From Azolla caroliniana (taxonomy: Eukaryota; Plantae; Polypodiophyta): a DNA stretch of 64,000 nt. Location of the stretch: NCBI GenBank assembly GCA_043228905.1, contig JBHGNT010000017.1, forward strand, positions 124,001-188,000, given 5' to 3'. Numbering within the stretch: position 1 is the first letter of the stretch; the number at the start of each line of letters is the position of its first letter. This document shows positions 23,696 to 39,804 of this stretch, one piece after another. A program made the position numbers and the translations under genes. Below the pieces are notes generated by a model, which made no database searches, was not told where the DNA came from, and saw only the letters and a program-made list of their open reading frames with translations.

Positions 23696-25989
23696 TAAGC
23701 CTCCCCACATCCATTGCTCCTTCCATCCAAGCTCTTTTTGGTGATCACCAACATCTATACCACTCTCACACACAAGCCCATTGCACCTTCACCTTAGGCA
23801 CTTTCACCTTCTTACACCACTTTTATGTCTTGCCACACCAACTCTTCCCCCTCACCGTAGGTTGCGATTGGTTCCTCAATCATCGCATTGGGATTGATTT
23901 CGATGCACACAAACTTCTTGTCCCACATGCTCCCCCTATCCCCCTCCTACACGATCGCTCCCTTGTCCCCGACCTTAGCCAAGTCCAAGTGGCCTTCAAT
24001 CCACTAGAGCGATTGGTCTCCATCCGTCAATTATTAGCTTGTTTTCCATCACTAACCCTCCAACCCACGCATGCTCCTAATGTCTCTTTCCTAGTACAAT
24101 ATGCCATTCGTACCGGGGAAGCCACTCCGATCCACATGGCAACCCGCAAGTGTTCCCCCTCTCGACCATGATCACATCGATGTTGCCATCACCGACATGC
24201 CTGCCAAAAGTATTATCATTCCTTCCACCAACAATTGGGTTTCGGAACCCCACATCGTCAGGAAGGATGATGGCACCTTCCACTTTTGCATAGACTTCAG
24301 GCCTCTCAACAAAGTGACTATCCATGACCTCTACCCACTACCTCCCGTGGATGACCTATTGGATCAGCTCTGTGGCTCTCGTTATTTCACCTCCCTTGAC
24401 TTAGCCTCGGGATATTGGCAAATCCCCCTAAAAGCTTCTAACGCCCACAAGACCGCATTCTGCACATGCCGCGACCTGTTCTAGTTCACTCGCATGTCGT
24501 TCGGCCTGTCTGATGCTGGCAACACATTCCAACGCATGGAAAACTCCATCTTCGCCACCCTTATCAGCAAAGGTGTCCTCGTTTATCTCGATGACATCCT
24601 TATCCACACGGCCACTTGGGAGGACCATCTACAAACTCTCGTTGAAGTCCTCACTTGCATAATTAAGCATAACTTGCAACTCCAATGGAAGTAGTATTGA
24701 TGGAGAAGCACCAGCCTCCGTTTTCTCGGCTTCATCATCTCTGGCGACGGAATCCGTATGGACCCTACAAAGGTAGTTGCCATCATCGACTACCCTCGCC
24801 CCACCTCAATAAAATCATTGCAACATTTTTTGGGCATGATCACCTTTTCCCTTCACTTCATTCCAAACCTCGCCTTGGTCACTTTTCCCCTCTGCCACTC
24901 TTGAAAAAAGGTGTGTCATTCATTTGATATCCTGCTTGCGAAGATAGCTTTCGTCGCCTGAAAACCATGGTCCAAGAATTGGGGTTGCTAGCCCATCCTA
25001 ACTTTGACCTATCGTTCACATTGCAGACATTCGCATCAAACCATGGGTTAGGAGCTGTACTCCTACAAGCCGATTGCCACAGGCAAGAAAAGGCGGTCGC
25101 CTTCATTAGCCGCACTCTCACGTGGGCTGAACGCAACTACTCAACCACCGAGAAGGAACTACTTGTGATGGTCTCATCTTTCCAACGTCTTCACCCATAC
25201 CTTCATGGTGGACAGGTGACGGTTGAAACTGATCATGAGCCCTTGCTTTCTCTTATGCATCGACCTCACCCCTCATGCCGCTTATTGTGATGGACCCTAG
25301 CACTCCAAGTTTATCAGTTTACCCTCTCCTATCAGAATGGTGTAACCAAATTGGTCGTTGATAGTCCCTCTCGGGCCGACTTCCAAGCTCTCCAATTTCT
25401 CCCCAAGACATCTGATCGTCCGCTGCCATTGCCACAACTCACTACACTTCAGCAACACAACCCCGTCATCCAAGAGATAACCCATCAGTTGCGCTCCCTT
25501 CAACCGTTTCCCTCACAATGGAGGTTTATGATCTGTAATAACTTGGTGTTCTTCATTTAGGCACATCACGAGCCTCGTCTCTACATCCCTCATGCCCTAC
25601 AACAAACATATCTCCAATTTTATCATGACCACCCATTGTCGGACCATCTGGGTCTCCACAAGGTTCTCAAAAAATTACGCCTCAAGTATTACTGGCCCAA
25701 CATGCGACACTCTATCTCTACTTACATCAAACAATGTGCTTTGTGTCAACACATCAAACCTGCGGGCAAGCCCGCTGGAACGCTCCAACCCATCACCGTC
25801 ACGTCATCTTTTGAGCTTGTCGGATGGAATTTCATGGGACCTTTTCCCGAAATCTCGAGGGGCAACAAGTATATCCTGGTCATAACAGAATACCTCACCA
25901 GATGGGTTGAAATTGTTGCCATCCCTAACGTCACTACGCCAACAATTGCCTCCCAACTTTTGTAGAAGGTAATTTTTGAGCATGGTTTC

Positions 25990-26430
25990 TGTTACCGATT
26001 AGGAACATAGGCCACCCTCAGTTCTTCGGGGTAGCTTACAAGGTGAATGTGGTGCAAGAGAATAGGGATGCGTGATCGGTAGGTCGTAAGGGGAAGACAA
26101 CTACAACCTAACCTCTATGGGGCATAGCACCTAATGCGTACTTACCTTGTGGTTACTGCAATACAGTCTTGTACAGAGAACGAGACATGGAAACAAGAGA
26201 CCAATAGGCCAATAGACAGAACACCAAGATCAGAGAAGATAACTATATTAAAACGACATTCTCATAATACGCTAGCTCTTTACAATGGTCTCTCGCCCTT
26301 TATATACACAGGGCTTCTAATCGGTTACACTCCATGCGTACAACCATTACACGAGTCACTTTAACACTCCTAATATAATACTCTATTCTACATGTGCTAT
26401 GTCCGGCTGTTACAGTTCCGGCGGACAACA
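25990..26430 (-). mobile_element. Solo LTR inside the gypsy integrase
   Basis: TGTT...AACA ends, perfect TSD GTTTC (25985-25989, 26431-26435); removal restores VIFEHGF-PIQLLSDQG; TATA-like motif on the minus strand. Confidence 0.9.
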
Positions 26431-29400
26431 GTTTCCCTATCCAACTCTTATCTGATCAGGGCCACCAACTCCATGGGGATGTCCTCTACGCTATTGCAAC
26501 TCAACTAGGTGTCCAACAAGTGTTTACGTCCCCGTACCATCCGCAAACAAATGGCCTCACCGAACGCCTCAAGAAGACCCTCAAGCAGGAGATTTCCGCT
26601 TACATCGATCCATGCCACAAATCCTAGGACCAAATCTTGTCTTTCGTCACCCACGCCTACAATACATCCGTATAGACGTAAACGCGGATCAACCCTTTTC
26701 GAGCACGCTATGATGTGATCCTTGGCTCCCACCAGAATCGTCCATTGACATCCATTCCAAACTTGCCAACATGGATAGTGCCACTTGGAGGCTCTATCTC
26801 CAACAAATGCTCCCCCTCCTTCGACAAGCCAGCTCCCGAAATCTACAAGTCGCACAACAACACCAGAAGTGGCACTAAGATGTGGGTCAAATTACCCCGA
26901 CTTATGTTGATGGAACCAAAGTCCTTGTTTACTTCCCGGTTCGGTGCCGCGGTCTCAACGAATCCCTCATGCACCAATGGATCGGCCCGTTCACCGTAGT
27001 TCGCACCATCAAATCCACTACTTACTTGCTCCGACGAGATTCCAACGGCCGATTCACCTCCGCCCATATTGCCCGTATCCAACCCTATGCTACCCCAAGC
27101 CTATCTTCTAGCACCCCTCCTTTCCCCATGTCGTAAAACTCCTTGTTTTTCTCAGGGGGGAAATGTGGTGTCCCTTTCATGCAAGTGCATGCCTTTTATC
27201 ACCCCACCCTTTTAGCACACCACCCCGTTTAGCACACCCTTTTGGGCGCGCATGTAGCTAGGCCAAGTCAAAATGAGTACCTTCATATCTTCAATAAATT
27301 GAACGATAAGTAAGAAGCTAAGCTAAGCAAGTTGGTTTGGATTCCTCTTATGTGCATTTCATAGTATATTGGAAAAATAATATGCACAAAATGTGAAAAT
27401 GAGCCCCCTAAACCCTCTCACAACTTATGTATTTATTTTATGAATAAGAAGGCAAGGTTTTTATTTGATGGGGCCTTATCCCCTCTTCCTTTCATCCATA
27501 CGAGCTCAAGTGCACTATATCCCATCATTTTTACTATGAATCATGCTCCTCTTTGTGCCACCACCTTCCAGTAATAAATGAAGGAATTGACCTATGTGCC
27601 GTTTTCTTGAAATGGTTGTGGTTTATGTAGGACATCGCTTCTTTCTCTGTGTGTTCAGGGGATATTGCAATTCATGGAAGTCGACATCATTTCTTTCTTA
27701 ACATAATTTAGGGTTGGTAGCCCATGATAAATGTTGATTCTCCACATAGAGGCAACGACCCGCCTAGGGTTAAATATAAACTATATTGTCCCTTCTAAAG
27801 TGAGAGTCATTCTAGTCATGGCCCTTTTTCTTCTAGTCTATTCACTCACTGATATTTTTGGGTGGTGTGCATGTCAAGAGAGGATGTACTATCATTTTTA
27901 TTTTATCTAGAGTCGGTTCCCCTAACCGTTTTATGATTTGCATATTCACTTCGGTTGCAACTTGCTCATTACCCACTAGTTATTGACAAAATAATTGAGT
28001 ATTCATATAAACCCAACAATTTATGAAAATGATTTTAGTGTCTTTTTCAAAAAGAATGTAAATAAATGGCAAAATTCTTTTGCATCGCAACTTTTAATAA
28101 TCCATCATGGCAGCATCGCAATAATTCCCACATCTTTGCTCTAATATAATCCATCGTGCACAAGCACATAACAATATTCTACACTTATCATGATGAAGGC
28201 ATGTGTCTCAAATATATGAGCCATCAAGTAATCACAATCGTCTTTCTCACACATGACTTTAATTCACACATAACCATCTCCTGTACCGTGTCACCACATT
28301 ATAGTTCAGCCATACTTTCTTAATGTTTATCGCATGGATACCATACATCAAAATGAACAAATAAACGTGAAGGTCGATGTAGGTATAGACAGAGCAGTAC
28401 TTGCTTGTTTTAATGCATGTATGAGCTTGGGAAATGGATGTAGAGTATACGTCTATACATTACGTGCCTACAAGGCCTGGCTGAAAATGATTCACTGCTC
28501 AGGAAAGAAAACACTACATTGGCTCCCTAATGGGTTGGTTGGTGTATAAATCCACTTCGAACCCACCCAGGATATGTATGCTTTTTTGTGTGTAATCCAT
28601 GGACCTACATAGTGACTTGCAGCTACACACGCACAGAAATGTATGGATTGTAACGAAATAGTTTTACCCTATACTTTGTGGACAACTCACGTATCCCAAA
28701 AGAAGATGACCATCATTATGAACTTGTAATATTTTGGTGGTTTATTTTTGGGGGTGGGGGGGTCCTTTGTCAAGCCTCCACTGAACTAGGATCTATTCTT
28801 TATGCTCTGTTGGCCCATGCTGATCAACTAGTTTTAATTTTCCTCTACTATTTAATCCGTAAATATATGATCTGCAGATTCTTACAATCTATCTTAGACT
28901 GCTATCGGATACGTCCAAGTACTGTTTGATAGGCGCTTTTTAAGTAGTGAAAACCACACATAGTGAATATCTTGAGGTTTATTTTAACATGCATAATATC
29001 GCTGGTCTATACCATATGATATTCCTGTCTATTTTGTTGACATGTAAATTGCTTTTTATATCTATATTGTTGAATCAATAGTCTGCTGCTATGTAATATA
29101 CAACTGGAGACACTGTAAGTAATACAAAGTTGAATATTCCATAAATAGGAATCATCAGTGGTAATTATTCTTCAATCCATTAAAACTCCAGTTGTCCGCC
29201 AAGAGTGATGATAATGCAATATTGATCCGCAATGTGTGTATGTGTGTGTATCTACGTAATAGCTATAAGTGGGTCAAGTCAATTAACATTAAAGCACCTT
29301 TAAAAAAGAGGAGGAATAGATCATGGGCCATGGCATTGCGTTCAGTATTTGAAGTGGATCCATTTATGTACTAGATTAATATCCAAGATGCCTAAGGGCA

Positions 29401-29494
29401 TTAGGGGGGATCTGCAGTAACATGATAAGTATAAAACATCGTCAGAGAACAGGGTGTGAATCATTAACATACTGGAGCTTGATCAGTACTGAAG

Positions 29495-31167
<1,673 letters not shown>

Positions 31168-31393
31168 TTATTGAGCTTCGCTAGTCCAATACTAATCCTG
31201 TCATTGATGATCAGTTTCTCCAAGGTTGAGGATTTCCCTAGCAAATAATTATCACAATGACAACAATAATTGAGCGCATGTATGACATCATGCGTATGTT
31301 ATGAGATTCTATGTGGTGGACTAATTAAACTTACATAATGACTGACTTAATGATTATGGTTAAATTAGTGTAAGTTTCTTCTTGTTCTTTGCA

Positions 31394-31451
31394 TATATAT
31401 ATATATATACCTGTGTGTATGTATGTATGTATGTATGTATGTATGTATGTA
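31394..31451. repeat. (TA)n and (TATG)n microsatellites
   Basis: Read directly. Confidence 0.9.
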
Positions 31452-34400
31452 TCAATGTAAATGCCATTTAAAGAAAAATACTTTTTCGTTTCAGAAAATC
31501 CAAAATCATGACATCATAAGTTGTTTAATCTGAGCAGTGCAACTTGATCACTTTCCCTCATTTATTTGGAACACATATTCTAAAGCAATAAATCCGGCAG
31601 TCATATATGGCAATGTTTTGGCTGAGAGGTGATTAGTATCCCCAAGATCATGTGGCGTGTATGGAGAGTTGCATTATGATGATGGGCCATTTTGTTCTAG
31701 GATAATGTGTCTTCGATCTTATAATTTGAAACATGTACATTAATATTTACACCAAGTCTTTTTCAGTGGATTGAATTTTATGGGAATTTCTTTACAATGG
31801 TAGTTTTCAAGACAAATCTTGTCTAAGGACGCGTAAAAATATTTGACGCCGTATATGGTGAATAGAAAAGGTGTAAAAACACCTAAAACATTAAGTAAGA
31901 CGTTCACAAAAATAGCCTAAACGGCATAAGACAATTGAGTGCCTCACCAAATGGGTTAAAAAGGAAATCGATCTACAGTTAGGCACATGTTTGGTTTTAT
32001 GTCCTGTCATATAGTTAGAATATTTGGCCACTCATAATTAAGGCTAGGTCTCCTCGCACATTCCATTTAGTGCCATATTCTATGGGCATGGAAACCCTTG
32101 TAGGAAAACTAGATGAGAGATCAAGATGTAAGAAAGATTATTTGTGTCTAATTTAGTGAGTTTTGGCTGTGATTTAAGACTTCACTAAGAATGTGTCAAT
32201 GTTGAGTTTATTGTAGAAAGTTGTCATGATTCTAGTTTGAGATCGTGCAATTGGAGGTTTGAAAACATAATAATAAGCTACATTGTTGCTTTGTAAGGAT
32301 CACTCTGTAATGGCATTATCGATATTGGTAACTTAGAGCTAATTTTCCTCTCATTTTGAATGTTAACTAACTATTGAGTTCTTAAATAAGAGGCAATACA
32401 TCACATCCAAGATGTATAGTTTTGTTCATTTAAATAGTCCTTACTTCAAATGCATTGCATATCACTAGAGTCGTTATAGATACTTACTCATGAATAACAT
32501 ACACCTGAGGTCTAACTTCTAAGGCCATGTATATGGGAATTATTGTTGAACTTTGTCAATCAAAATGTCTAAGGAGGGGGGAATCATGTGGCAATGTTTG
32601 TAAGATTCTTTGCACACATTTCTCACTTAGTGGAGTTTTTTCTCTGACACAAAGATCATCATTTCTCTTAAGTGTTGGTAAGAGACATTTCTTCCTATCC
32701 ACACCCTCTGTGGGACATCACCCTTTAGAGGCATTGAGGGAGACCTGTTTATAAGATAAATAGTTGTCAACATTGCGTCAGCCTAGTACGATTCCGGCAA
32801 TTTTGCATGTGACAACATGCTTCTTACCCTTTCCATTATGATCTGATTCATCCACTCTGCCAGGGCATTAAGCTCAGGTGTCTTCGGCACTATATACTCA
32901 AGTTTGATGCCTTCAGTCTTACAATACAACTCGAATTGGCCACTATACTCACCACCATTATCTGTTTGGACAACTTTTACCTTTTGACCAGATTCTCTTT
33001 CTGCCAGTCTTTAAAGACCAACAACACTTGGTCTTTAGACCTCAGCACGAAAGCCCACAACTTTCTACTGAAATCATCAATAAATGTCACAAAGTATTGT
33101 CCACCACGATGCAATGGAGCATCCACATAGCACACATCTGTGTGGACCAATTCTAGGGCACATTCTCTTCTCATGAGAGGCCTAGAGTGAAAGGCAGCCA
33201 TGTTCTGCTTTCCAGCCAAGCAGTCCACACAATTTTCAAGATGTATCCCTTTAACTTTTGGGAGGAGATCCTTTTCAGCAAGGATATGCATTCCCCTTTT
33301 GCTCATGTCGTCGAGCCTTTTATGCCACAACTCACCATCTGAGTCGGCCACTACATTTGCTTAATCTCGCACAACTTTACATGCATTACATACAATGCGT
33401 TCTGTTTTTGTGCTCGGGCAACAATTAGACTTCCCTTACTAAACTTCCATGCACCATTATGAAAGCCACCATTGTATCCTTCATCATCCAATCGTCTAGC
33501 CGATATCAGATTCAATTTGACATCTCAAACGTGGCATACATCCTTTAACATTAACCTACAGCTAGTAGATGTTAACAAGCACATATTTCCTATACCTGTT
33601 GTTTCCCATCTTTGCATAGCTATAGTCACCGGCGTAAGATGAGAAACATTCTCTTTTAGGAGTTAGGTGAAACGATGCACCCAAATCAACTACCCAAGAC
33701 CACTCAACATTTACAAGATCCACACTAGCTTGTTCATGTTAAATGAATAACAACTCTTCCTCATTGATTGTAATGGCTAAAGTGTTTTTCTCATCAGAAA
33801 TTTTTCTGGGTTCAACATCATCAGCAATGTCGTTGTCCTTCTTAAGGTGTCGCCAATTCTTTTGGAAATGGCCAGGTTTCCCATAATAAAAACACGTAAG
33901 TTTTCCTCTAGACTTTGACCTAGCATGACACTTGTCTCTATTTTGAGGACTTCTATGTTTACTTCTTCCTCTACCAAGGTTTTGTGCCACATTCGCTTCC
34001 GATTGAGACAAGGCACTCTTATCTTTTCTTCTTGTCTTCGTTCAGAATGCTTGTCTTTACTACATGTAAAGCCAGGTTTTCTTCTCGACAAGAAGCACTA
34101 AGTGACACTACTAGATTATCCCAATTGTCTGGTAGGGTACACAGTAGTAACAAGGCCTACATCACATCATCTAATGGGAATTCGTTGATGCTAGCTAGTT
34201 TACTAACCCCATGAAAGTACTGATATGCACCACAATGCTATCACCATCTATGTACTTTAGCCTCACCAACTTTCTCATCAGGGAATCTTTGTTAAGAGCA
34301 TTTTTCCTTTCATACAGCCCAGAGAGCTTATGCCACAAGTCGTCGGCATTTGTATCATTTGCCACATGTTGAAGGACACTAACGTCTACACATTGTCTAA

Positions 34401-34470
34401 TGGTTGTGACAACCTTTCTATTTCAGATTTTCCTCTCAGACTATATTACCCCTATTGGTATATCCTTCCT

Positions 34471-37400
34471 TGTTGGGATTACGGTCCCTTCGTCTGGGAT
34501 GGTCGGATATCGGAGATGAATGCCGACGAGCCCGGTTTCGGTTTCGGATCCGGATGACGAAGACCCCGGTTTCGGTACCGGATGACGAATGTACCCGGAG
34601 AGCGATCCGGATGCAGGGACATATCCGTGAATATGTTCGCTATGGGCCCCTGAGGCTACAGTTGTAAATAGCCCAAAGTCATATAAGTATAAATATGACT
34701 TAGGGCAAACTGTTTTACTGTTGCTTCTCTTTTTTCTGTTTTTCCACTTTAGAGGAGTGAAGAGGGAGCAGCCGTGAGAGGGAGAGAGATAGAGCGCGAG
34801 AGAGGAAGAGGACGACGCCTCTGTGTATTTCCGCCGCCTGTGGCGAGGACAGCGAGCTCAAGGTCGTCGCCTTGGAGCTCGTCATTGTATACTTCTCTGT
34901 ATAGCGTTGTTTGGAGTCTTGTACTCCCGTGGTTTTTCCCGTCTGGGTTTTCCACGTTAATCCCTGTGTACTCGCGTTTCTTTTGTTTCTTGCGTGGTTC
35001 CTATTTTCTGCTCCATTGATCCGCGATTACTCGGTTGTGGCTGAGTGAAGAAGGTGAATCGAAGCGTCTATTCCTTACAAACTGGTATCAGAGCGACTGT
35101 TGCAGAAAATGGAAGGCGGCGGCAGCGGGCAGCCGGGGATGATGGTGCTGAATGCACAGAATTACGCCGACTGGAAGATCAAGATGGAGGATCTTCTGAT
35201 TGTTCGGGACCTGTACGAACCGATTGACAGGTCGGAAATACCGAAGGGGGTACTTGAGTCGGAGTGGAAGCTCCTGAACCGGAAAGCCGTAGCGACGATC
35301 CGACAATATGTCGATGTAAGCGTCCTACAACATGTGGCGAACGACACCAACGCATATGAGATGTGGAAGAAGCTGTCGGGCCTCTACGAGAGGAAGAATG
35401 CGTTGAACCGGACCTCCCTGATGAGGAAGATAGTGAATCTCAAGTACCGGGACGGCGAGAGTATGGTGGAACACGTAAGCACGTTCATGGGATTCGTGAA
35501 TCAGCTTGCAGCGATCAAGTTCCCGTTGGAGGATGCAATGCAAGCCATCATCCTGATGTGTACATTGCCGGAAAGCTGGGAGAACTTGGTGGTGACTCTC
35601 AGCACCTCCTGCACCGAAGATAACTTGTCCCTACAAACGGTAAAGACAAGTATTTTGAACGAAGAAGCGCGTCGGAGAGATAAGGAACCGGCCTCCGACC
35701 CGAAGATGTTGTTTACCGAATCGGATCGGGGAAGACAATGGAACCGGAGTCCGCAAAGACGGGAGAAGTCGGGGACCCGGTCGCAGTCAAGAGGAAGGCC
35801 CACATGCTTCCACTGTGGGAAGCCGGGGCACTTCCGAAAGAATTGTCGGCATTACCGAAAAGACAATGGAACCGACAACACCGATTCGAAGAAGTCACCG
35901 GAGAGAAACGGTGCATACCGGGGAGCCACGGACCGGAATGGTTCGGATCGGCGAGGACAGGACCGGAAAGGAACGACGGCACTCGCGGCAAGTGAAGAGG
36001 AGATCATGCTCATCACCGAAGAAGGTGAACTAAACATTGCCGGCGATGAGACGACCTGGGTGGTCGATTCCGGAGCATCGTTCCACCTGACCCCGGAGAG
36101 AAGATACTTCTCATCCTACACAGCCGGCGAGCATGGCTGTGTTCGGATGGGAAACGAAGGTACGTGCCGGATTGCCGGCATAGGAGACGTGTGGTTGACA
36201 ACCCCGACCGGATGCAAAATGCTGCTGAAGAATGTCCAACACGTTCCGGAGGTCCGGCTGAACCTGATTTCGGCCGGGAGGCTAGATGATGAAGGCCACA
36301 CGGGTAGCATCCGGAACGGTGTCATGAAGTTCAGCAAGGGGAGCTTGATAGTGGCTCGGGCCCAGAAGGTCAACACACTGTACCTGATGAACGCCCGGTT
36401 ATGTCCGGAAGAGCTGAATGTGGCAGCCGACACTGCCGGTGAGCTGTGGCACAAAAGACTGTGCCACATGAGTGAGAAGGGGATGAAGAGGCTTGCAGAA
36501 GACAACCTTATTCCGGTGAAGCATGTGCACCTGGAGAAGTGCACCGACTGCCTGGCCGGTAAGCAGAACCGAACCTCCTTCCACTCAAGGCCACCGACGA
36601 GACGTAGCGCACCATTGGAGTTGGTGCACACTGATGTGTGTCAGGTAGAAACGAAGTCACATGGCGGAGCCCAGTACTTCGTAACATTCATTGATGATCA
36701 CAGCCGGAAGCTGTGGACGGCACCGTTGAAGACAAAGGACCAAGTGTTGTGCGTCTTCAAAGAACTCCACGCGAGAGTGGAAAGGGAATCCGGCAAGAAG
36801 CTGAAAGCGATACGAGCGGACAACGGAGGGGAATAACGAGGGCAGTTCCAGGAGTACTGTCGCTCGAAGGGAATCTGACTCGAGTTTACTGTGCCGAAGA
36901 CGCCGGAACTGAACGGGCTGGCCGAGAGGATGAACCGGACCATAATGGAGAGGGTTCGGAGTATGCTGGCGCATGCGAAATTACCCAAGGGGTTTTGGGC
37001 TGAGGCAATGTCGACGGCGACATATGTGATAAACCGATCACCCTCAGTACCTTTGGACGGAGACACGCCGCAGAGAGTGTGGACCGGTAGGGAAGTATCC
37101 TACCGGCATCTGAAGGTGTTCGGGTGTCTCGCATACGTGCACGTGGCGAAGGACCGGAGAGGAAAGCTAGATCCGAAGACCCGGCCATGCATATTCCTCG
37201 GTTACGGCGACGACGAGTTCGGCTACCGAGTATGGGACCCGGTCGACAAGAAGATATTCAGGAGTCGAGACATCGTCTTTATGGAGGACAAGACACTCGC
37301 CGACTGGGAGTCGGAGAAGAAGATGAAGAGCTCCAAGTCAACTGGTGAGGAGAAACTCTACGAGGAGCAGCCCCGACCGGCATGGGACCGGTTAGCACTC

Positions 37401-39804
37401 GAGGACCCGGCCGAAGACAGTGAAGAAACAGAACCGGCCGAAGAAGATGAAAATGATACTGGAACCGGCCCCGATCCCGAAATGGATTCGGATGAAGAAG
37501 AAGAATTGGAAGAACCGGTTACCGAAGCTCCGGAACGGAGATATCCTCTGAGAGAGAGAAGGGCCCCCCGGAGATTTCCGGAACCAGAGCATGTGTTGCT
37601 AACCGACGAGGGGGAGCTGGAGAGCTTTGAAGAAGCACAGCATGACACCCAGAGCCGCAGGTGGTTGAGTGCCATGCAGGACGAGATGGATTCCCTGCAT
37701 GAGAACCACACATATGAACTTGTGGAGTTGCCGAAAGGAAAACGGGCACTCCGTAACAAGTGGGTGTTCAAGCTGAAACCGGGAGATGCCGGAAACCCCC
37801 CGAGATACAAAGCCAGGATCGTGGTGAAGGGGTTTCAGCAGAAGAAGGGCGTCGACTTCGACGAGATATTTGCCCCGGTAGTGAAGATGACCTCCATCCG
37901 GACGGTGCTGAGCATAGCGGCAAGCATGGACCTCGAGGTAGAACAAATGGACGTGAAGACGGCATTCCTTCACGGTGACCTCGAAGAAGAGATCTACATG
38001 CAGCAACCGGAAGGATTCGAGAAGAAAGGGAAGGAGCACCTGGTATGCCGGTTGAAGAAGAGCCTTTACGGACTGAAGCAGGCTCCCCGGCAATGGTACC
38101 GGAAGTTCGACTCCTTCATGACCGACGAAGGGTACCTCAAAACGCAGTCCGACCACTGCGCGTTTGTGAAGAAATTCGAAGGAGGAGACTTTCTAATACT
38201 CCTCCTGTACGTGGACGACATGCTGATCGTCGGACGGGACCAGGTCAAGATACGGATGCTGAAGAAGGCTCTTCACCGAACCTTCTCAATGAAGGACCTG
38301 GGTCCGGCGAGGCAAATACTAGGGATGCACATCATCCGGGACCGGAAGAAGAAGCAGTTGTGGCTGTCACAGGAAAAGTACGTGACGAAGGTGCTTCACC
38401 GGTTCAACATGTCGGAAGCAAGACCGGTCGGATCGACCCTCCCGGCAAACTGCAAGCTGTCCAGCAAGCAAAGTCCCAAGACAAAGGCTGAAAAGGAGGA
38501 TATGATGAAAGTGCCGTATGCCTCAGCCGTCGGGAGCTTGATGTACGCCATGGTGTGTACGAGACCGGACATAGGATATGCAGTCGGAGTGGTGAGCCGG
38601 TACATGAGCAATCCCGGCAAAGAGCATTGGAACGCGGTCAAGTGGATACTCCGATACCTGAAGGGCACAGCGAATGTGTGCCTCCGATTCGGCTCCGGTA
38701 AACCCGAACTCGACGGTTTCACCGATTCGGATATGTCGGCTGATGCAGATACCAGCCGGTCCACATCAGGGTATGTGATGACGTATGCAGGGGGAGCTGT
38801 TTCATGGCAGTCGAGGCTGCAGAAGACGGTTGCGTTGTCAACCACGGAGGCGGAGTACATGGCGGCTGTTGAAGCCGGCAAGGAAATAATATGGATGAAG
38901 GACTTCATTAGAGAGCTCGGTATCCAACAGGAGCAGTACCGACTCTACTGTGACAGTCAGAGTGCAATCCACCTTGCGAAGAACGCGGCCTATCACTCCC
39001 GGACGAAGCACATCCAGCGAAGATATCACTGGATCCGGGAAAGGATAGAAGACAAGGAGTTCGTGCTGACAAAGATCCACACGGACGAGAACGGGTCGGA
39101 TATGCTGACCAAGGTCCTCACACCCGACAAGCTGGAAGCATGCCGGAAGAGGGTCGGATTGGAGAGACATCCCATGCCGAAGTGAAGGGGGAGTTTGTTG
39201 GGATTACGGTCCCTTCGTCTGGGATGGTCGGATATCGGAGATGAATGCCGACGAGCCCGGTTTCGGTTTCGGATCCGGATGACGAAGACCCCGGTTTCGG
39301 TACCGGATGACGAATGTACCCGGAGAGCGATCCGGATGCAGGGACATATCCGTGAATATGTTCGCTATGGGCCCCTGAGGCTACAGTTGTAAATAGCCCA
39401 AAGTCATATAAGTATAAATATGACTTAGGGCAAACTGTTTTACTGTTGCTTCTCTTTTTTCTGTTTTTCCACTTTAGAGGAGTGAAGAGGGAGCAGCCGT
39501 GAGAGGGAGAGAGATAGAGCGCGAGAGAGGAAGAGGACGACGCCTCTGTGTATTTCCGCCGCCTGTGGCGAGGACAGCGAGCTCAAGGTCGTCGCCTTGG
39601 AGCTCGTCATTGTATACTTCTCTGTATAGCGTTGTTTGGAGTCTTGTACTCCCGTGGTTTTTCCCGTCTGGGTTTTCCACGTTAATCCCTGTGTACTCGC
39701 GTTTCTTTTGTTTCTTGCGTGGTTCCTATTTTCTGCTCCATTGATCCGCGATTACTCGGTTGTGGCTGAGTGAAGAAGGTGAATCGAAGCGTCTATTCCT
39801 TACA
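34471..39804 (+). mobile_element. Young full-length Tnt1/Tto1-like Ty1/copia
   Basis: 609-bp LTRs 34471-35079 and 39196-39804, identical by eye; TSD TTCCT; PBS TGGTATCAGAGC 35083-35094; PPT GAAGGGGGAG. Confidence 0.98.
35109..39185 (+). pseudogene. Copia gag-pol polyprotein in one frame with two in-frame stops in integrase (TAA 36834-36836, TGA 36876-36878)
   Basis: CFHCGKPGHFRKNC, WVVDSGAS, LVHTDV/ADNGGE/NGLAER, LYVDDM, TDSD/STTEAEY. Confidence 0.95.

Larger units (their letters stand above)
21923..27363 (+). mobile_element. Ty3/gypsy LTR retrotransposon with short LTRs, no chromodomain, decayed
   Basis: LTRs 21923-22100 and 27164-27363; 4-bp TSD GTAT; PBS TGGTGGAGAAGCGGGG (tRNA-Ala-like) from 22105; PPT AGGGGGGAAA; domain order PR (LLDSGS), RT (CIDFR, LDLASGYWQ, YLDD), RH (NYSTTEKE), IN (SDQG, YHPQTNGLTER, WIGPF). 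Confidence 0.93.

Noticed and set aside
31606-32750. Possible LTR pair starting T(A/G)TGGCAATGTTT with a PPT-like GGAGGGGGGAA before 32586
   Set aside because: Similarity does not extend beyond ~13 bp; no PBS or TSD
36834-36878. Programmed stop-codon readthrough in the young copia
   Set aside because: The stops fall within the integrase core and are sense codons in the sister copy, so they are mutations
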